In this document: positions 49,266 to 64,000 of the stretch, piece by piece
Layout: each line of letters starts with the position of its first letter
How positions within the stretch are numbered: position 1 is the stretch's first letter
Assembly (NCBI RefSeq): GCF_009914755.1
Contig: NC_060936.1
DNA from: the human T2T-CHM13v2.0 reference genome, Homo sapiens
Reading direction: 5' to 3' (one strand)
DNA: 64,000 nt
Program-made: the position numbers and the translations under genes
The notes under the pieces: model-generated
The model's database searches: none
What the model was told of the DNA's origin: nothing
Seen by the model: the letters and a program-made list of their open reading frames with translations, nothing else

Positions 49266-52200
49266 CAGAGATGATAAATAAGTTTCAGCCAGCATTGCAA
49301 CTCTGTTTAGCGATAACTGTTTGAAGCAATGTATTCAAAAGAATTTGGAGACCAACTTCTGGATCAGTGGGAAAGCATATTGTGATAAGCTAGTGATGTA
49401 CGCAAGGATTTAGGTGAGGAAGTGGATATACTGGTGTGTTTACCAGTACTAATTCAATATCTGTTAATTTTTATCATAAAGTCAGAGACTTAGAAAATCA
49501 AAGTAAGTCATGAACTTGAATGTAAGCCCAAATATTTTAAAAACATTTGAATACCTGAGTAAATTTAGTCTTGATCTTTAGTTTATTCCAGTTTCACATT
49601 GACAGTTAATACACTTGGTAGTAAAAGATATAAATAATTGGTATCTTAAGGCTAGATTACTTTGCACAATACAATTATTTTACACCAGGGCTGCTGTTTC
49701 CCACTGATAAATGACACAGCTGTAGCAGAGTTCAAACATGAGGATCAAAGTACCTATGCTAGTAATCAAGATAGTAGTGCCTTGGGTTATATGAGTGTGT
49801 AGACAGATATCTCACATATGTGTTTGTGTGAGGGGAGTGTGTGTGTGTGAGAGAGAGAGAGACAGAGATTTTATGTGCTTGACTGAACTGTCGATTTGAC
49901 CTTTGGACTAACTCTATGATCGTTAGTAGTTATTATCAGTGGCAGTATTTGAATAGGAGTAGCACTATAGCCCTCTGCCTTCCAAGAGGACTTGTAGGAA
50001 GATGTTCCTACTCCTCCTGATGCAGTAAAGTCCTCTTTTATGATTTTTCCCTTCTACCCCATACTCTGCTCCCCAAGAAGTTATAAGTATCAGTGGTTTA
50101 GGGTCCATTTTTCTACTGTTCTTTCTTTGCATGTACATACTTATATATACATAAATATTTTAACAAAAATGGGATTGTCCTGTAGGTACTATTCTTTAAC
50201 TTTTTATTTAATAAATATCTTAGGTCTTTTCATAGTACTGGTTAAAGGTCAATATCGTTCTTTCAATAACTGTAAAACATGTCTTAATGGTTTTGTTATA
50301 CTCCTGTTGTTGGACATCGAGGTTTTTTCCTATTTCCCCCGCCCCCTGCCCAATTGCTAGAAGTATGATAGTGAACCAATTTAAACAGAATCTTTGTGGT
50401 CACATGCAAATATTTTTATAAAACAGTTGTTTTATAAAACAACTATTTAGATGTGGAATTGCTGAAATAGGCTGTATTCGTAGTTGAGCTTTGGTAAGTT
50501 GTAGTAAGATCCTGCTAAACCCCGTAAGTAGAGTTCAAAAAATTGGAAATGCTTAAATGTGCAATCATAATATTGAAAAATAATACTTTTTAATAAGTCT
50601 GTGGAGCTACAAAAAAACTTACAAAAGTAATAATATGACACATTGTGCAAAACTGACTGCATAATGATTCAAAAAGCCCCAAATGATAACAATACATTCA
50701 CTTCTTAAACTCCTCTGAGAATTAGGGTTGGCCAAATCATTGGAGACATTTGCCAATCACATTCAGATTAATTTCTGGTTTTCCTATTTGGTTTACTGTT
50801 AGACAGCTTTCTTCCAAAAAGTCTTAATTATTTATCCTTACTTATATCCTTGCCAGCACTTGGTGTTACTGTACTTAAGTTTTGGCTAGGCCAATGGGCA
50901 AAAATGGTATCTTCTTGTTTGAATTTACATGCTCCTGATTTCAGCCATGCATGGCATCTTTTTCAATATTTATTGCCCATTTGAATCTCTTCTGTAAATT
51001 TCCTGTTTCACATATTTTCTGTGTTTTTCTATTGAGTTATTTTTCTTAGTGATTTATGTTAGGTATTTATTTGTATTTTTGATATCTAGGCCAGTTAGCT
51101 TAGTAGACATCTTGAAAATATTTTGGTTGTGCACCCCTACAAATAAAAAGTTTTTGAGTATATACCCTCAAGTACGAACATTATACATGTATTTATTTAA
51201 AAAGTATATACATGTAATGCTGTCAATCTGTGTCTTACATATTAGTAAAGCTATTTTTTCTTATTATTTAAAAATAAGTGTAAATAGAGGTACTAAATAT
51301 TTTCTCCTGCAACCCAGTGGAAAGCCCAGTGTGCACCCACTTAGGCAGTTAGGAGTTCAGAACATAATATACCTTAGACCAGTTAGAGTTGCCAACAGGA
51401 ATATGCTCTCTGTTTTGTGACCACAGTGTGCATCTTCATAAGCCTGTGGGCACCAAGAATTGTGGTGAAGTGGAAAGTAGCAATGTGTTAGACCTTGACT
51501 CTCTTACCTTAGTTAGCTGTATTACTTTGATAAAATTGATACTGTTATATACCAGTTTTCTCTCATGTAAAGTGGAGAGGATAATTCTTGTCTTGCCCAT
51601 TTTAATAGGCTTATGATGTTGTGAGTTAATTTATATGAACAAACTTTGAAAAACTGTGAAACATTACATAAAGAGATAAAGTACGTGGGTATATGTTTTC
51701 CAAGTTTATGCCATTGGGGTTCTAAGAGAATATGCCTCAATATCATTTATGCTGAAAAACAACTTAAAATGCATGGCCTGCTCAGAGTGGTTTAGAAATG
51801 TGATCATTTAGTCTTCCTCTTATATAGATTTTACACCTCTTGAAAGTAGGAACTGTTACACATAAGTCAATGAGTATTTGTTGATAGTGTAGTGTTCACT
51901 TAATAATATACGTATTTCTTTTTTCTATTTAAGAAAGCCTTGTGACTTAGGAATTAGAAATCAGTTTCTTTGTGAAATGCCTAGACAGTGGTACTAAGGA
52001 GAGCTTTCCTTAAAGAGAAAGTTTAGGGCTGCACATAAAAGGCAGGACTTAGCTTGAATATATTCTACAGGAATGAAGAATTCAAGGTGTTGTAACGTTA
52101 GGGACACTTACATAGGTGAGTGGAACTGAAGTGTGAGGAGGCAATACTAAAGGCAGTATGTGGTATAGGATACCCAGGAGTGACTATGAAAAGACAACTT

Positions 52201-52395
52201 TGAATGAAGGTGTTGCTGCTGTTTGAAAAAGATATTTTGTAGTTTCTTTTTTCTTTTTTTTTTTTTTGGCAAATGAATGAATTTAACTGCAGAATGAATT
52301 ATTACCAGTAAAGGGGGATGGTGGAGAGAGAAGTAAAAGAAACTTATGCCTCAAATTGGGATTGCAACTGTATAATTAAACAGGTTTGAAATATT

Positions 52396-53060
<665 letters not shown>

Positions 53061-53844
53061 TAGGCATGCTCAGGCACGTACTGCTGGCTGACACAGGCAG
53101 AGCCCCTGACCAGTAGTAGCCCCTGAACACACTACGTGTGGGCGACGGGCCTAGCAGGTCACATTCCTTCTGAACCCTCTCTTCTTCTCATTTGATTCTC
53201 AGGACAACCCCACAGAGTAGGAAACAGGACAGGCCTGGTTCGATTCAAGTTAGTAAACTTTTTATGCTTACCCAGATGAATGAGAAGAGGAGGTAACATG
53301 TATATTATCTACTTTCAAAAACTTAATTACTTAAACTCTTGAAGAAGGTGGAAGACTTCAAAAAAGAAATTCTTTTGAGAATTTGGAAAAGTAGATGCAT
53401 TTCTCAGAAATAGTTCACTGAAAAAATTGTGTATCAGAAAAGAAGGATGAAAATAAAAGGAAATCAGCTAGTTATTTTGTTGTTAACAGAATAATCTCAG
53501 GCTCTTTCACACCTAGTCATCTGGATTTTTACAATATCAAGTCAGCCCCTCCCCTCCATTATTCTTATGAAAGTCTGGCTGCTATTCCTTTCTCAGCAGG
53601 TTCTCTAAAAGAAGCTCTAGAAAGGAAACAAACATTATTATTGGTAGTAGAAGTAAAGTCCTTTGGGGTTGTGAGTCTTTACTGTATATAACACTTCCTT
53701 TCTGACCTGCTATTTAAGCCTCATTACAGAAGATGACCCTGAAATTGAAATATTTCACAATTATTGGTTTCAGTTCCTCAAAAACATTAATGGAGACAAT
53801 TAATATATTATCAGAGTTGAATAGAGGTAAATCATTATAATCTT

Positions 53845-54680
53845 GCTGTATCAGTTATTGCTCTATGACAAACCATTCAAAAACTCAGTGGCTTGCCTGT
53901 AATCCCAGCACTTTGGGGAGGCCAGCGTGGACGGATCACGAGGTCGGGAGATCGAGACCATCCTGGCTAGCACGGTGAAACCCCATCTCTACTAAAAATG
54001 CAAAAAACATTAGCTGGATGTGGTGGTGGGTGCCTGAGGTCCCAGCTACTCAGGAGGCTGAGGCAGGAGAATGGCGTGAACCCGGGAGGCGGAGCTTGCA
54101 GTGAGCCGAGAGAGCGCCTCTGTACTCCAGCCTGGGCGACAGAGCGAGACTCCATCTCAAAAAAAAAAAAAAAAAAAAGAAAAGAAAAAAAAACTCAGTG
54201 GCTTAAAACAATAACTATATATTATTGTGCATACTTTTCATGGGTTTGCTGGGCAGTTTCTCCCGTTTGTTTCTTTCTCTAGTTTCTGTGGGGCCTGCTC
54301 TTATCTGAGATCACCTAGTCAGGTAAGAGGCTTTGCTGATCTTGGCAGGTCTAGCATGGCCTTATCCAGGATGATGGGAATGACTCTTCCTCTAATAGGT
54401 TCCGGCTTCATCTGCTAGGCCCAGGCTTGCTGTGATTGATGAAGACAGGCATCCACCCGAGTGAGCAGAAGCACCTAAGGGTCTCTTGAGGCCTAGATTC
54501 AGAACTGGGACAGTGTCACTTTTACTGCTTTCTGTTGGCTAAAGGCAGTCACAAGGTCAGTTCAGATTCAAAAAGTGGAGAAATGGACTCCATCTTTGGA
54601 TAGGAGGAGTTGCAGACTAACATTGTACAAGGTTGTAGATACAAGGAGAGGTGGAAGATGGAGGCATTTTTGTAATCCAT
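53845..54680. mobile_element. Old LTR (MLT-type) interrupted by 5'-truncated AluY-like element (53895-54188, + strand)
   Basis: LTR motifs on both sides; perfect TSD aaaaactcagtggctt (53879-53894 / 54189-54204). Confidence 0.82.
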
Positions 54681-56447
54681 GTAAGGTACATGCTGAAAAA
54701 ATTACTGAACCCAGCTAAAGTTTAGGTTCTTCAGTCTGAAATATGGGATTACACTTGATCCTGAACACACTGCTGATCATATATGTACTCCTTAGATTAT
54801 ATAGAAATCTATGTGGACATGTGTGGGATGACCCTCTTTATTAAAACTGTTAATTCCTAACTCCTGTAGAATAGAGTTATTATGTTTTTTTCTTTTGATG
54901 CCCTGTTTAGTTGGTTTGGTACTTTCACTGGGGCTGTGTCAGTTTAAGGTCCAAAATAGATCTGACTGATTCTGTTTTGGGGGATGGAGGAAGGTATCTT
55001 AGGTCTCAGTGTGCTTCTGAGAAGTCTTTCAAGTAGATGACCTCCCCTGTTCTGCCCACACCCAAAACCCACTGACCAAGCACTTGCTGTCATGTTACCC
55101 TGTTTTGTTTTCCCTGTGGCACTTATCACTGGTTCAAATTCTTATTCACTTACGTGTTTTCTTTTTCTGCCTTGTGATATGAGCCTCACAAGAGTGGGGA
55201 CCTCCTCTGACCCTCTTTGCTGCTAAATTCTCACAGTTAAGAATAGTGCCTTTCTGTTCTTAGGAAATGCTCAATAAATATCTGTTGAACATTTGTAATA
55301 AATATTTTGTAATAAACAAGTCAGCAGTTTGTTAAAATACAGTGTGTTTAAATGCTATGTCACTGGTGCATTGCAGACACTTGTTGGGTATTTATGGAAT
55401 CTTGAGGGAGGGCCGTGGTCAGTAGGAGCTCAAGGAGAATGAAAGCTTGAAGCCACAAAGGGTTTTTCTAGATTAATCCAGTGAAAGACAGACGAGCAGG
55501 AGAGTTAGGGTATGATAGATTTGTTGAAATGTTGAACTGTTAGACTTCAGGCTGGGAAGGAGGGAAGTAGAGCAAAAAGTGATCTGATAGATTGGGATAG
55601 AGATTCTTCCAAGACCAGAGAACTCCCACAGGGAAGTAGTTAAACATGTATACTGCAAGGTTGGAGATTTGGTGTTGCAGTGTGATCATTGAAGTCATGA
55701 TTTTAGATGTGCCAGGTTATGGGTATGACAAGGTTCTGGGATTAAGAGAATGGATGGCTCAGGTAGTTGAAGGACCTTGGGGGAATGGGGAATAAATATC
55801 TGTTCTTTGAGAGAATGCAGTAGGACAGCTGATGGGAGAAAGTCCTTAACAGCCAAGGTACTGAGGTAATGCTTTGAAAAGAGGTTGAGGGTATAGAGGA
55901 GTTTGCTAATTATGGAGCACCATTTCCATAGGTAGTTAAATTTGTAAGATAGAAGGTGGACTGTAGACTAGGTCAGGGATGGAAAAAACAAAGCCTTGTA
56001 GGGTTAATGCCAGGTCAGTAGATGGATTGAGAGAGGAATTGGAGATAAAGTTAATTTGGGCATTGAGAGGTTTGCTGAATTTAGTTTCAGTAGACTCCTA
56101 GAGAAAGGTGACCCTGGGACTTACAGACAGAGGCCGTGACTCATTTGGCCAAGAGTGGTGGTCAGCCCAGGAATTTGTGGGTTCTGCCTGTGCTCCTTAA
56201 AGGGTATTTGGGTAGGTAGATTGTGGACTCTTAGTAGCTTACATACTAAGCAGATACATAGTCATTAGCAGCTTCCATATTTTCACTATGGTTTTTCAGA
56301 ATATTTTAAGTATTTTTTTATTAGAAATGACATTTTCCAAATGTAAACTCTTTAGAGATGGAAAACATTAATGATATATGCAAATACTAAAGGACAGTGA
56401 TTTAATTTAAGTAATACTGTTGTCAAGTGTAAAATTCAAAGATCTAA

Positions 56448-56823
<376 letters not shown>

Positions 56824-57699
56824 ACATTTTTTTTACATTGGTATTAGCAGTAGATATTTTAATGTAAATATTTAATCTTTTTTGCTGTTAGTCATTTTGA
56901 AAGTTCAAACTGTGTGATGAACCAGACCAAAACTTCATAATCTTTAAACCACAAAGTTGCCTAATAGGCAACAAAGTAAGCAGGACAACAGTGGAAGATT
57001 TTACAAATTCTCAGAAACACCTGGAAATAATTTAGGAAAAGCTTTTGACTCTAGGCTCATAGATAGAGACTGTACATGAAGAATAATTAATAGCAATTAC
57101 TTTCTTGTCTTTAGTCTTTCGTCAGATTTGTTTCTTTGAAAAGAGCAAGGCAGGTTAAAATAATCTGTATAATATAAATTGCCCATGCAATGCAGGTCAG
57201 TTTGTTTTATGCAGGTAGCAGTAGTACGAACTTGGGGTCCAATGATATTTTTTATATACTACTTATATATGATGGTAATAATTAAAATCTTTGAGTATGT
57301 TTTATTTCTTTAATTATGACAATTTAATTAAATGCCAAATGAATATAACATTTGTCAGACATAAGGGAAAATAAGATGAATAAGCACTGCACATGATACT
57401 CAGCTTAAAATAAGAACATTTTTTTTATGTCAAAGAGCTTCTCTAGGATCTGTAAATAGGAGTGTAATTGAAGTTGTAAAGTACATGCATTTGATTTTGG
57501 GAATTTCTTTATTATAATCTTTTATCCATAATATGTGTGGCAAATTTACTCTCCTACATTGTAGCTTACCTTCACATTCCAAGAGATCTTTTGACGAACA
57601 GAGTTCTTAATTTTAATAAAATTATGTCAGTCTTCTGTAAATTAACACAGGTTTTTTGTTTTTTTTTTTTTGTTTTTAATTCCTTTCCAGTACTTTAAT

Positions 57700-58900
57700 C
57701 TTTTTCCATTCCAGTCCTTACATTTCTTTATATTGCTGGCTAGTATTGCCAGTACAGTGATAGAAGCAACTACAGCTCTGATGTAAAAATGAAGGATTCT
57801 AATTTTTACCACTAAGAATGATATCTGATGAAGATTTTTGGAAGGTATCATTTCCAGGTGAAGGAAATTCTCTATTTCTACTTTAGTAAGAACTTTTATT
57901 ATGAGTTTAAGTATTGAATTTTATCAACTATTTGTTCTGCATTCATTGAGATTTTTTTTCTTTTAGTTTGCTTATTCAGTGAATTCCATGAATTGCATTA
58001 ATACTCTTGTTAATGCTAAACCATTAATGGTAAATCTTACATTGTTGGGATCAACCCAACTTGGTCATGAAGTACTCTTTTTTCCAAGTTAATAAAGTTT
58101 GTATTTTTTAGAGCACTTTTAGGTTCATGGCAAAATTTAGTAGAAAATGTATAAAGTTCTCTGTTATGCGTACACACACACAAACCTTTACCCCCTCCCC
58201 CACTGTGGACATCTTGCACCACAGTGATACAGTTGTTACAATTGTACCTACATTGTCACATCATTATCACCCAAAGTTCATAGTTTACCTTAGGATTCAC
58301 TCTTGGTGTTGTGTGTTCATTGAGTTTTGACAAATGTAAATGACATGTATCCACCATCACAGTATCATACAGAATAGTTTCACCCCCCTAAAATCATCTG
58401 TACATTGTTCTATTGGGTTTGTTGATACTTCATTTAAGACTTTGATATTTATGATAACAAAGTGAAATTGCCCTGTAATTTTCTTCTCTTGTACTGTCAT
58501 TGTCTGGCTTTGATAGCAAGGTTGGTCTAGCCTCAGAAAATGAGTTGGAAGGTGTTCCACTTTTTTGTACTCTGGAAGAGTTTGTATGAGGTTAGAATCA
58601 GTCATGGAGAAAGGGATATTATAGTTTTCAAATGTTGCAGTGACTTCTTGTTTTCTCTGTGTACTCTGTCCTTTTATTTTGAGTTTATATTATCAGATGC
58701 ATTTAAGTATAGAATTGTTATGTTCTGTTAAGTGTAGAATATGCCATCAGAATGAAGCCAACATTTTTATCATGAGGGGACCTCCACCTCCGGTAGTACT
58801 TGTGCCTTTATCTGTTTTGTCTGATTTTGATATATAAACTTTCTTTTATTTAGCATTACCTACTCTAATTTTTTTTCACCCTTTTAAAATATCTGTTTAT
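57700..58900 (-). mobile_element. Old L1 fragments (ORF2 region) with a nested L1 3'-end piece (~58085-58400)
   Basis: Antisense L1 ORF2-like motifs (gggatcaacccaacttggtcatg, gcctcagaaaatgagttggaagg). 3'UTR motifs (tttaggttcatggcaaaatt, aggattcactcttggtgttgt). Confidence 0.7.
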
Positions 58901-61420
58901 CCGTATATTTGGGTGTGTCTTTTTAAAATAGTATATAATGAATCTTTTTCCAGTTTTATAAACTTTTTTTTAACTTATAGTCAACTTATGATTGTTGGTA
59001 TATTTAGGTTTATTTATACCTTATTTTGTTCTTTCTTCTCTTCCTTGTTTTCTTGTTGGTTATTTAAAAGGTATATAGTTTTAAAATTGTGTACAACCAA
59101 GATACTCAGCAATGGATAATCAATTTTCCTCTCAATCTTTGACTTTCAAGAAATTGGAATAGATTTCAGTATGTACTACAAATTGAGTGAGAAATTATTC
59201 GGGAAAATGCCCAATAAAAGGCCTTCATAATTTTGGAAGAAGTAATTGGAATAAAGGTGACTCATCTCTTATTAGTGAGAATGGTTAAATATGCTAATTA
59301 AATGCCTTTCACTTTTTGTGTTTACTTGTTTGTATTCATTGATGGAAGCAGAATGTTTGGTGTGTCTTTTAGATTTAAAAACTGGAATCTACTAGTAACA
59401 TATTTATATTGGCCTTTTTGTGATTTAAAATATAATGTTATCTTTTATAAAGGCATCAGACCACACTGAGTGCCTTCTAATTACAGTCTGTGAGTCTTGT
59501 GAGTACAGAGAAATGACAAGCTTTGCCCTGAAGGATTTCATATGCCCCAGCAATGTCTAATGATGTTAAGTTAAAGCCAGATAAGATTGAGAAACCTTTC
59601 TGTATGTGTCAGTATTAGGTCAAACCTCTGGATTTACACTGGTGGGGCTCAGGCATCAGAAAGAAAATGAGGAAAGGGGTGAGAAGCTATAAGGGAGTCA
59701 GAAACGTAGGAAGGAATACTACAGGAGTTGTGCATGTGGAGTAGAGTGCCACTCACAAGTTCCTTCAGTTGCCTGTCTTGAAGCAGATTATTCAAAAAAC
59801 GTACATAGGAATTCTTAGTCTTCATCAGGAAGGTCATTATCACTAGGAAGACCTCACAAGCTCTATGTAAAATAAATATGTTTTTATAATATCAACTGCT
59901 TTACCTGGCAAGAAGCAAATTCAGACAATCCTAAACCTGTTTTGACCATGAGGTTACATCAAAACACTCCTATTATATGCTTCTGAATCATGAACTCAAG
60001 TCCATTTATTTAGTAAGAAGGAGCCTGCTGGGAATGGAAGAAAGCTAGATTTTTCTATTAAGTCCCGAAACCTTGTTTTTTCTTCACGTCCTTTTTTTGT
60101 ATGTGTGCATTTTGCTTAGTCTTTAGTCAGCCATTTCTAGTGCAGTTTGAGGACCTGTGAATTTTTATATAAGCCTAGGAATCATCGGTATTAGGGCTTT
60201 AAATGTGACCTATTTTGAATCAAATGGAATCTGTTTTCCTCTGCAATTGAAGGTAACAGTTTTAAAGTGTTAACCATAGTCTTGGACATAAAATATTATT
60301 AGTCTTTATCTTGAATTTGTTACTACTTTGCACTAAGATTACAAGGGCCTTCACTTAGGTGACAAGGTTCTTACTATAGATATAATGTTTTTCTCATAAT
60401 CCTCATAATAAATCAAACACATGGGGAAGAAGAGTGACCATTTCAGGATTCTGTGGAACTTGAATATGATAATACCTTACTGTCCTGAATGTACGCATAC
60501 CCCTAGAAATAACTTATATCACTGACTCTGAAAATAACTCATCTGTGGTTGAACATCTTTTTCTTCAGAGACATTCCTGTAAAGTATACGTTGAGTAGCC
60601 CCTTTCTCTGTGATAGATTAAGCAGGCAAACCCAGAAGTTCAGAGAAGGTAATTTTTATAATTGCTACATGTTATTTTTGTTTGCTTTTTGAGAGAATTA
60701 TTTGTGTTAAAAAGTAGTTTCCGTTTTATAATCTTGCTTTTTGAGCTTTCCTATATCAGTTATCGCGCAAAGTTCTTATTGCAGGGACCGCCCTGGAGTA
60801 TGTTCTTGAATTGTTGGGGGTGGTCAAAAGGTTAGGAGCACTTCCTTGATTTGTTTTTTTTCCTTTTTTTGTTTTTTTTTTTTCTCCTCAGGGAGTGAGC
60901 AAGCCAGTCATTTCTTCTTCTGTGAGACACAAGAGGAAATAATTAAAGAGTTTTTTATGGAGCAGTGTGAAAAGTTGGTTTTTTACTTTAGAAAACTGAT
61001 TTTATGGAGTATTTCTCAGGTGAAACCCATGTATTATTGGTAAAATTATATACATATGAGAGACTGATTTTTTTTTCATGTTTTATTTTTAGTAAGAAAG
61101 GAGGCAAAAGTTCAGTATGCCACTTAGACTAAATGTTTCTAGGATCCAAAATAACATTGATGTTAGTCCCTTTACTGTGATCACCTTACTCTGCTGCTGC
61201 TTCTACTTGTCACATCTGAGACTGTTTCTTAAAATAGAGCTCCCCAGCAGCAATTTTTCATTATATGGCCTCATCGTGCATGTATTTGGTATGAACTCTG
61301 ATAAGAGATTATGATGTTGATATCATAAGAATTTCCCTCTTTTACAGAACATGAAAAAATGCATGCATTTAGGTTAAGCATTGACTATATATTGGAAATG
61401 TAGTTAAAAAAAACTGTACA

Positions 61421-61723
61421 GGTCCAGCACGGTGGCTCACGCCTATAGTCCCTGCACTTTGGGAGGCCAGGGCAGGTGGGTCACTTGAGATCAGGAGTTA
61501 GAGACCAGACTGGCCAACATGGTAAAAACAAATCTCTACTAACAAAAAATACCAAAAAAAAAAAAAAAAATTAGCTGGGCATGGTGGCACTCCTGTAATC
61601 CCAGCTACTTGGGGGGCTGAGGCAGGAGAATCACTTGAACCCGGGAGCCAGAGTGCAGTGACCTGAGATTGAGCCACTGCACCGTAGCCTGGTGACAGAG
61701 TGAGAATCTGTCTCCAAAAAAAA
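61421..61723 (+). mobile_element. Alu (AluS-like), intronic
   Basis: Dimer with expanded A linker. Confidence 0.88.
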
Positions 61724-61752
61724 CCATATATATGGTTTTTATATCTATATGT

Positions 61753-61756
<4 letters not shown>

Positions 61757-61792
<36 letters not shown>
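61757..61792. repeat. (AC)18 microsatellite
   Basis: Seen directly. Confidence 0.95.
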
Positions 61793-61795
<3 letters not shown>

Positions 61796-62725
61796 GCTGT
61801 ATATGTTATACAGCTTACCCTCGTATATGTTATAGTGTAAACACAAAACCCTCATGCTGAGTTTAAAATTACAAAGAAAAAGTTTTAAAAATTCAAATAA
61901 ATGTACTTTTTGGTTGAGTGGGAAAAGATGAAATTAAACAAATACTTTATGTCAGATAATCTGCCAGGCACTGGGGATACGAAGAGGAAATAAGCAGTCT
62001 ACAAACTCTTCATGAACTTCATGATTTATTTTGTTGATGGTCATTATTTAGTAATGCAACAAAATTTCTCTAATATCTACCATTTTGTAGGTATGGTGCT
62101 AGATGGTAGAGATAACATACTGCATGCTAATAAGTGGGTTTTTTTTTTTAGATTTTAAGAAAAGTTATTTAAATCCGAAACTATTTTTACTGGTTTTAAA
62201 TTTTTGTCCACTTGTTTTGTGTATTATCTTCTGTTTATGGAACACTTAACTATATGTTCCAAGCACTCTGCTGGGTCTTTTATATGCATATGTCATTTAT
62301 TGCATACACCATACCAATCTACCCGTCAGTTATTGAGCATTTATGTACCTGTCACTGTGCAACCATTTAATCTTGCAAATGAGGACCCTAAACCTTACAG
62401 GGCTGGCAGAGCTGGGATTCAAGTTTGAATCAGGTGGGTCAGCATTCTACCCAAAAAGATTTTTTATCAATTGTGCTTTATGATAAAACTGCCATGTACA
62501 ATATAAACAATAGGTCATCAGATTATTAAAAATTCACCAGATTGAAAAAGAGGCAATGGAAGATTTAAGTGATGCCGAACTCTGGAATAATTAGTCATCA
62601 TTTTGTGTAACATATATGGTATCTATTATGACAGCTTTTTAAAAAACCTCTACTCATGTCAACTAATACAGCTATTGCCATAAACTTGGATCAAGTTTAT
62701 AATCAAGTTTAAAAAATTTAAGTTT

Positions 62726-63043
<318 letters not shown>

Positions 63044-64000
63044 TTAGATTTAAACTTAGACTATGTCCTACAATCAAGCGTCCTGTGTAAAGGTGGCTGT
63101 GGTATGCTGGTGGCATTGAAAACTGGTAGCTTGAAGAATGTGTACTTTCAGTACATTCCGTGGATGTCCTCTTCTTGATTTTTCTTTTTTTTCAGGTTCT
63201 GAGCTTCCACTGACTGTGGTTTTCCATTTAAAGGAACAAAAAAGCACTAGTACCTAAAATTTGCTGTAAAAGACATTTCACCTGCTTTGGTATTACCTCA
63301 CTGCCATCTGACTGTATCCCTGCCTTTCCTGATTTCTGTGGCTATAGTAGAAGTCTTGTGGAGTTTGTGGAGTTTTTGAAGTTTGTGTAGTTTTGAAGTT
63401 TTGAGAACAGACCTGTTTGTAGTTATGATCCAGTGGCATAAGCTGACCTCAGGATATACCAGCTTGCTTTATTAGTGACTTAATTTTCTTACTGTAGTAA
63501 ATTGGGTGTGATTTTAACTTGTTCATTCTTTGTATATGTATACTTTAAGTATACATATTTTGTATATGTATATTTTAACTTGTAAGTGATCAGACATCTC
63601 TATCATCATCTCTGAATTAAAATTAAAATTGTTTAACTCCTGAAAAATTCAACTGATGTTATGCAACTTGGAACATAAGACCGGACAAATTACTGAATCT
63701 GACATTTCAAATATTTCCTAATGTGCTTTTAACTTTTGCTGGGCACAAATGGAATTTCTCAGCCTCTGTCATAAAAAAAGAGTTTGTTATTGTTTGGTAA
63801 GACAGATTAAAACACAGCTGGGAATGAAGTAGTTAGCCCAGTCTCAAAGACATTAGCCTCCCTCTGTTTATTTCCTCCTGTTTGTATTCCTAGAAGCAAA
63901 CAGCTGTGCATTCCATTTTATTCTTTATTCCTTTACTTAAAATCTGGATCCGAAAAGAAGTAAATTGGGCATTTAGGCTTAGAAAAGTTGCCTTATCTGT

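Noticed and set aside
63175-63200. Pyrimidine tract + CAG at 63195 as PLEKHA5 exon 4
   Set aside because: The downstream sequence does not encode the rest of WW2 and has no convincing nearby donor.

Overview
Primate, almost certainly human, genomic DNA covering the 5' end of PLEKHA5 on the + strand. A CpG-island promoter (~34.1-35.7 kb) is followed by three small coding exons: 34474-34562, 34725-34804 and 37067-37124. They splice with canonical GT-AG sites to MAADLNLEWISLPRSWTYGITRGGRVFFINEEAKSTTWLHPVTGEAVVTGHRRQSTDLPTGWEEAYTFEGARYYI(N), which is WW1 plus the first part of WW2. The rest of the window (37125-64000) is the start of a very large intron 3. The upstream 34 kb is intergenic and repeat-rich. 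It contains a processed pseudogene of BORCS8/MEF2BNB (- strand, ~12459-12924, copied from a short 'QGHR*' isoform), an essentially full-length Tigger1 DNA transposon ending ~1 kb before the PLEKHA5 ATG, a perfect 104-bp tandem duplication, MaLR LTRs and hAT MITEs. About 30 Alus are spread across the whole window. Nearly all ORFs in the supplied track are Alu-, Tigger1- or GC-shadow artefacts. I see no evidence of a wholly new biological system. The most interesting signals are the symmetric exon 2+3 WW module, the isoform origin and lesions of the BORCS8 retrocopy, the 104-bp duplication, and several local template-switch scars. Repeat boundaries and subfamilies were called by eye from remembered consensus sequences and are approximate.
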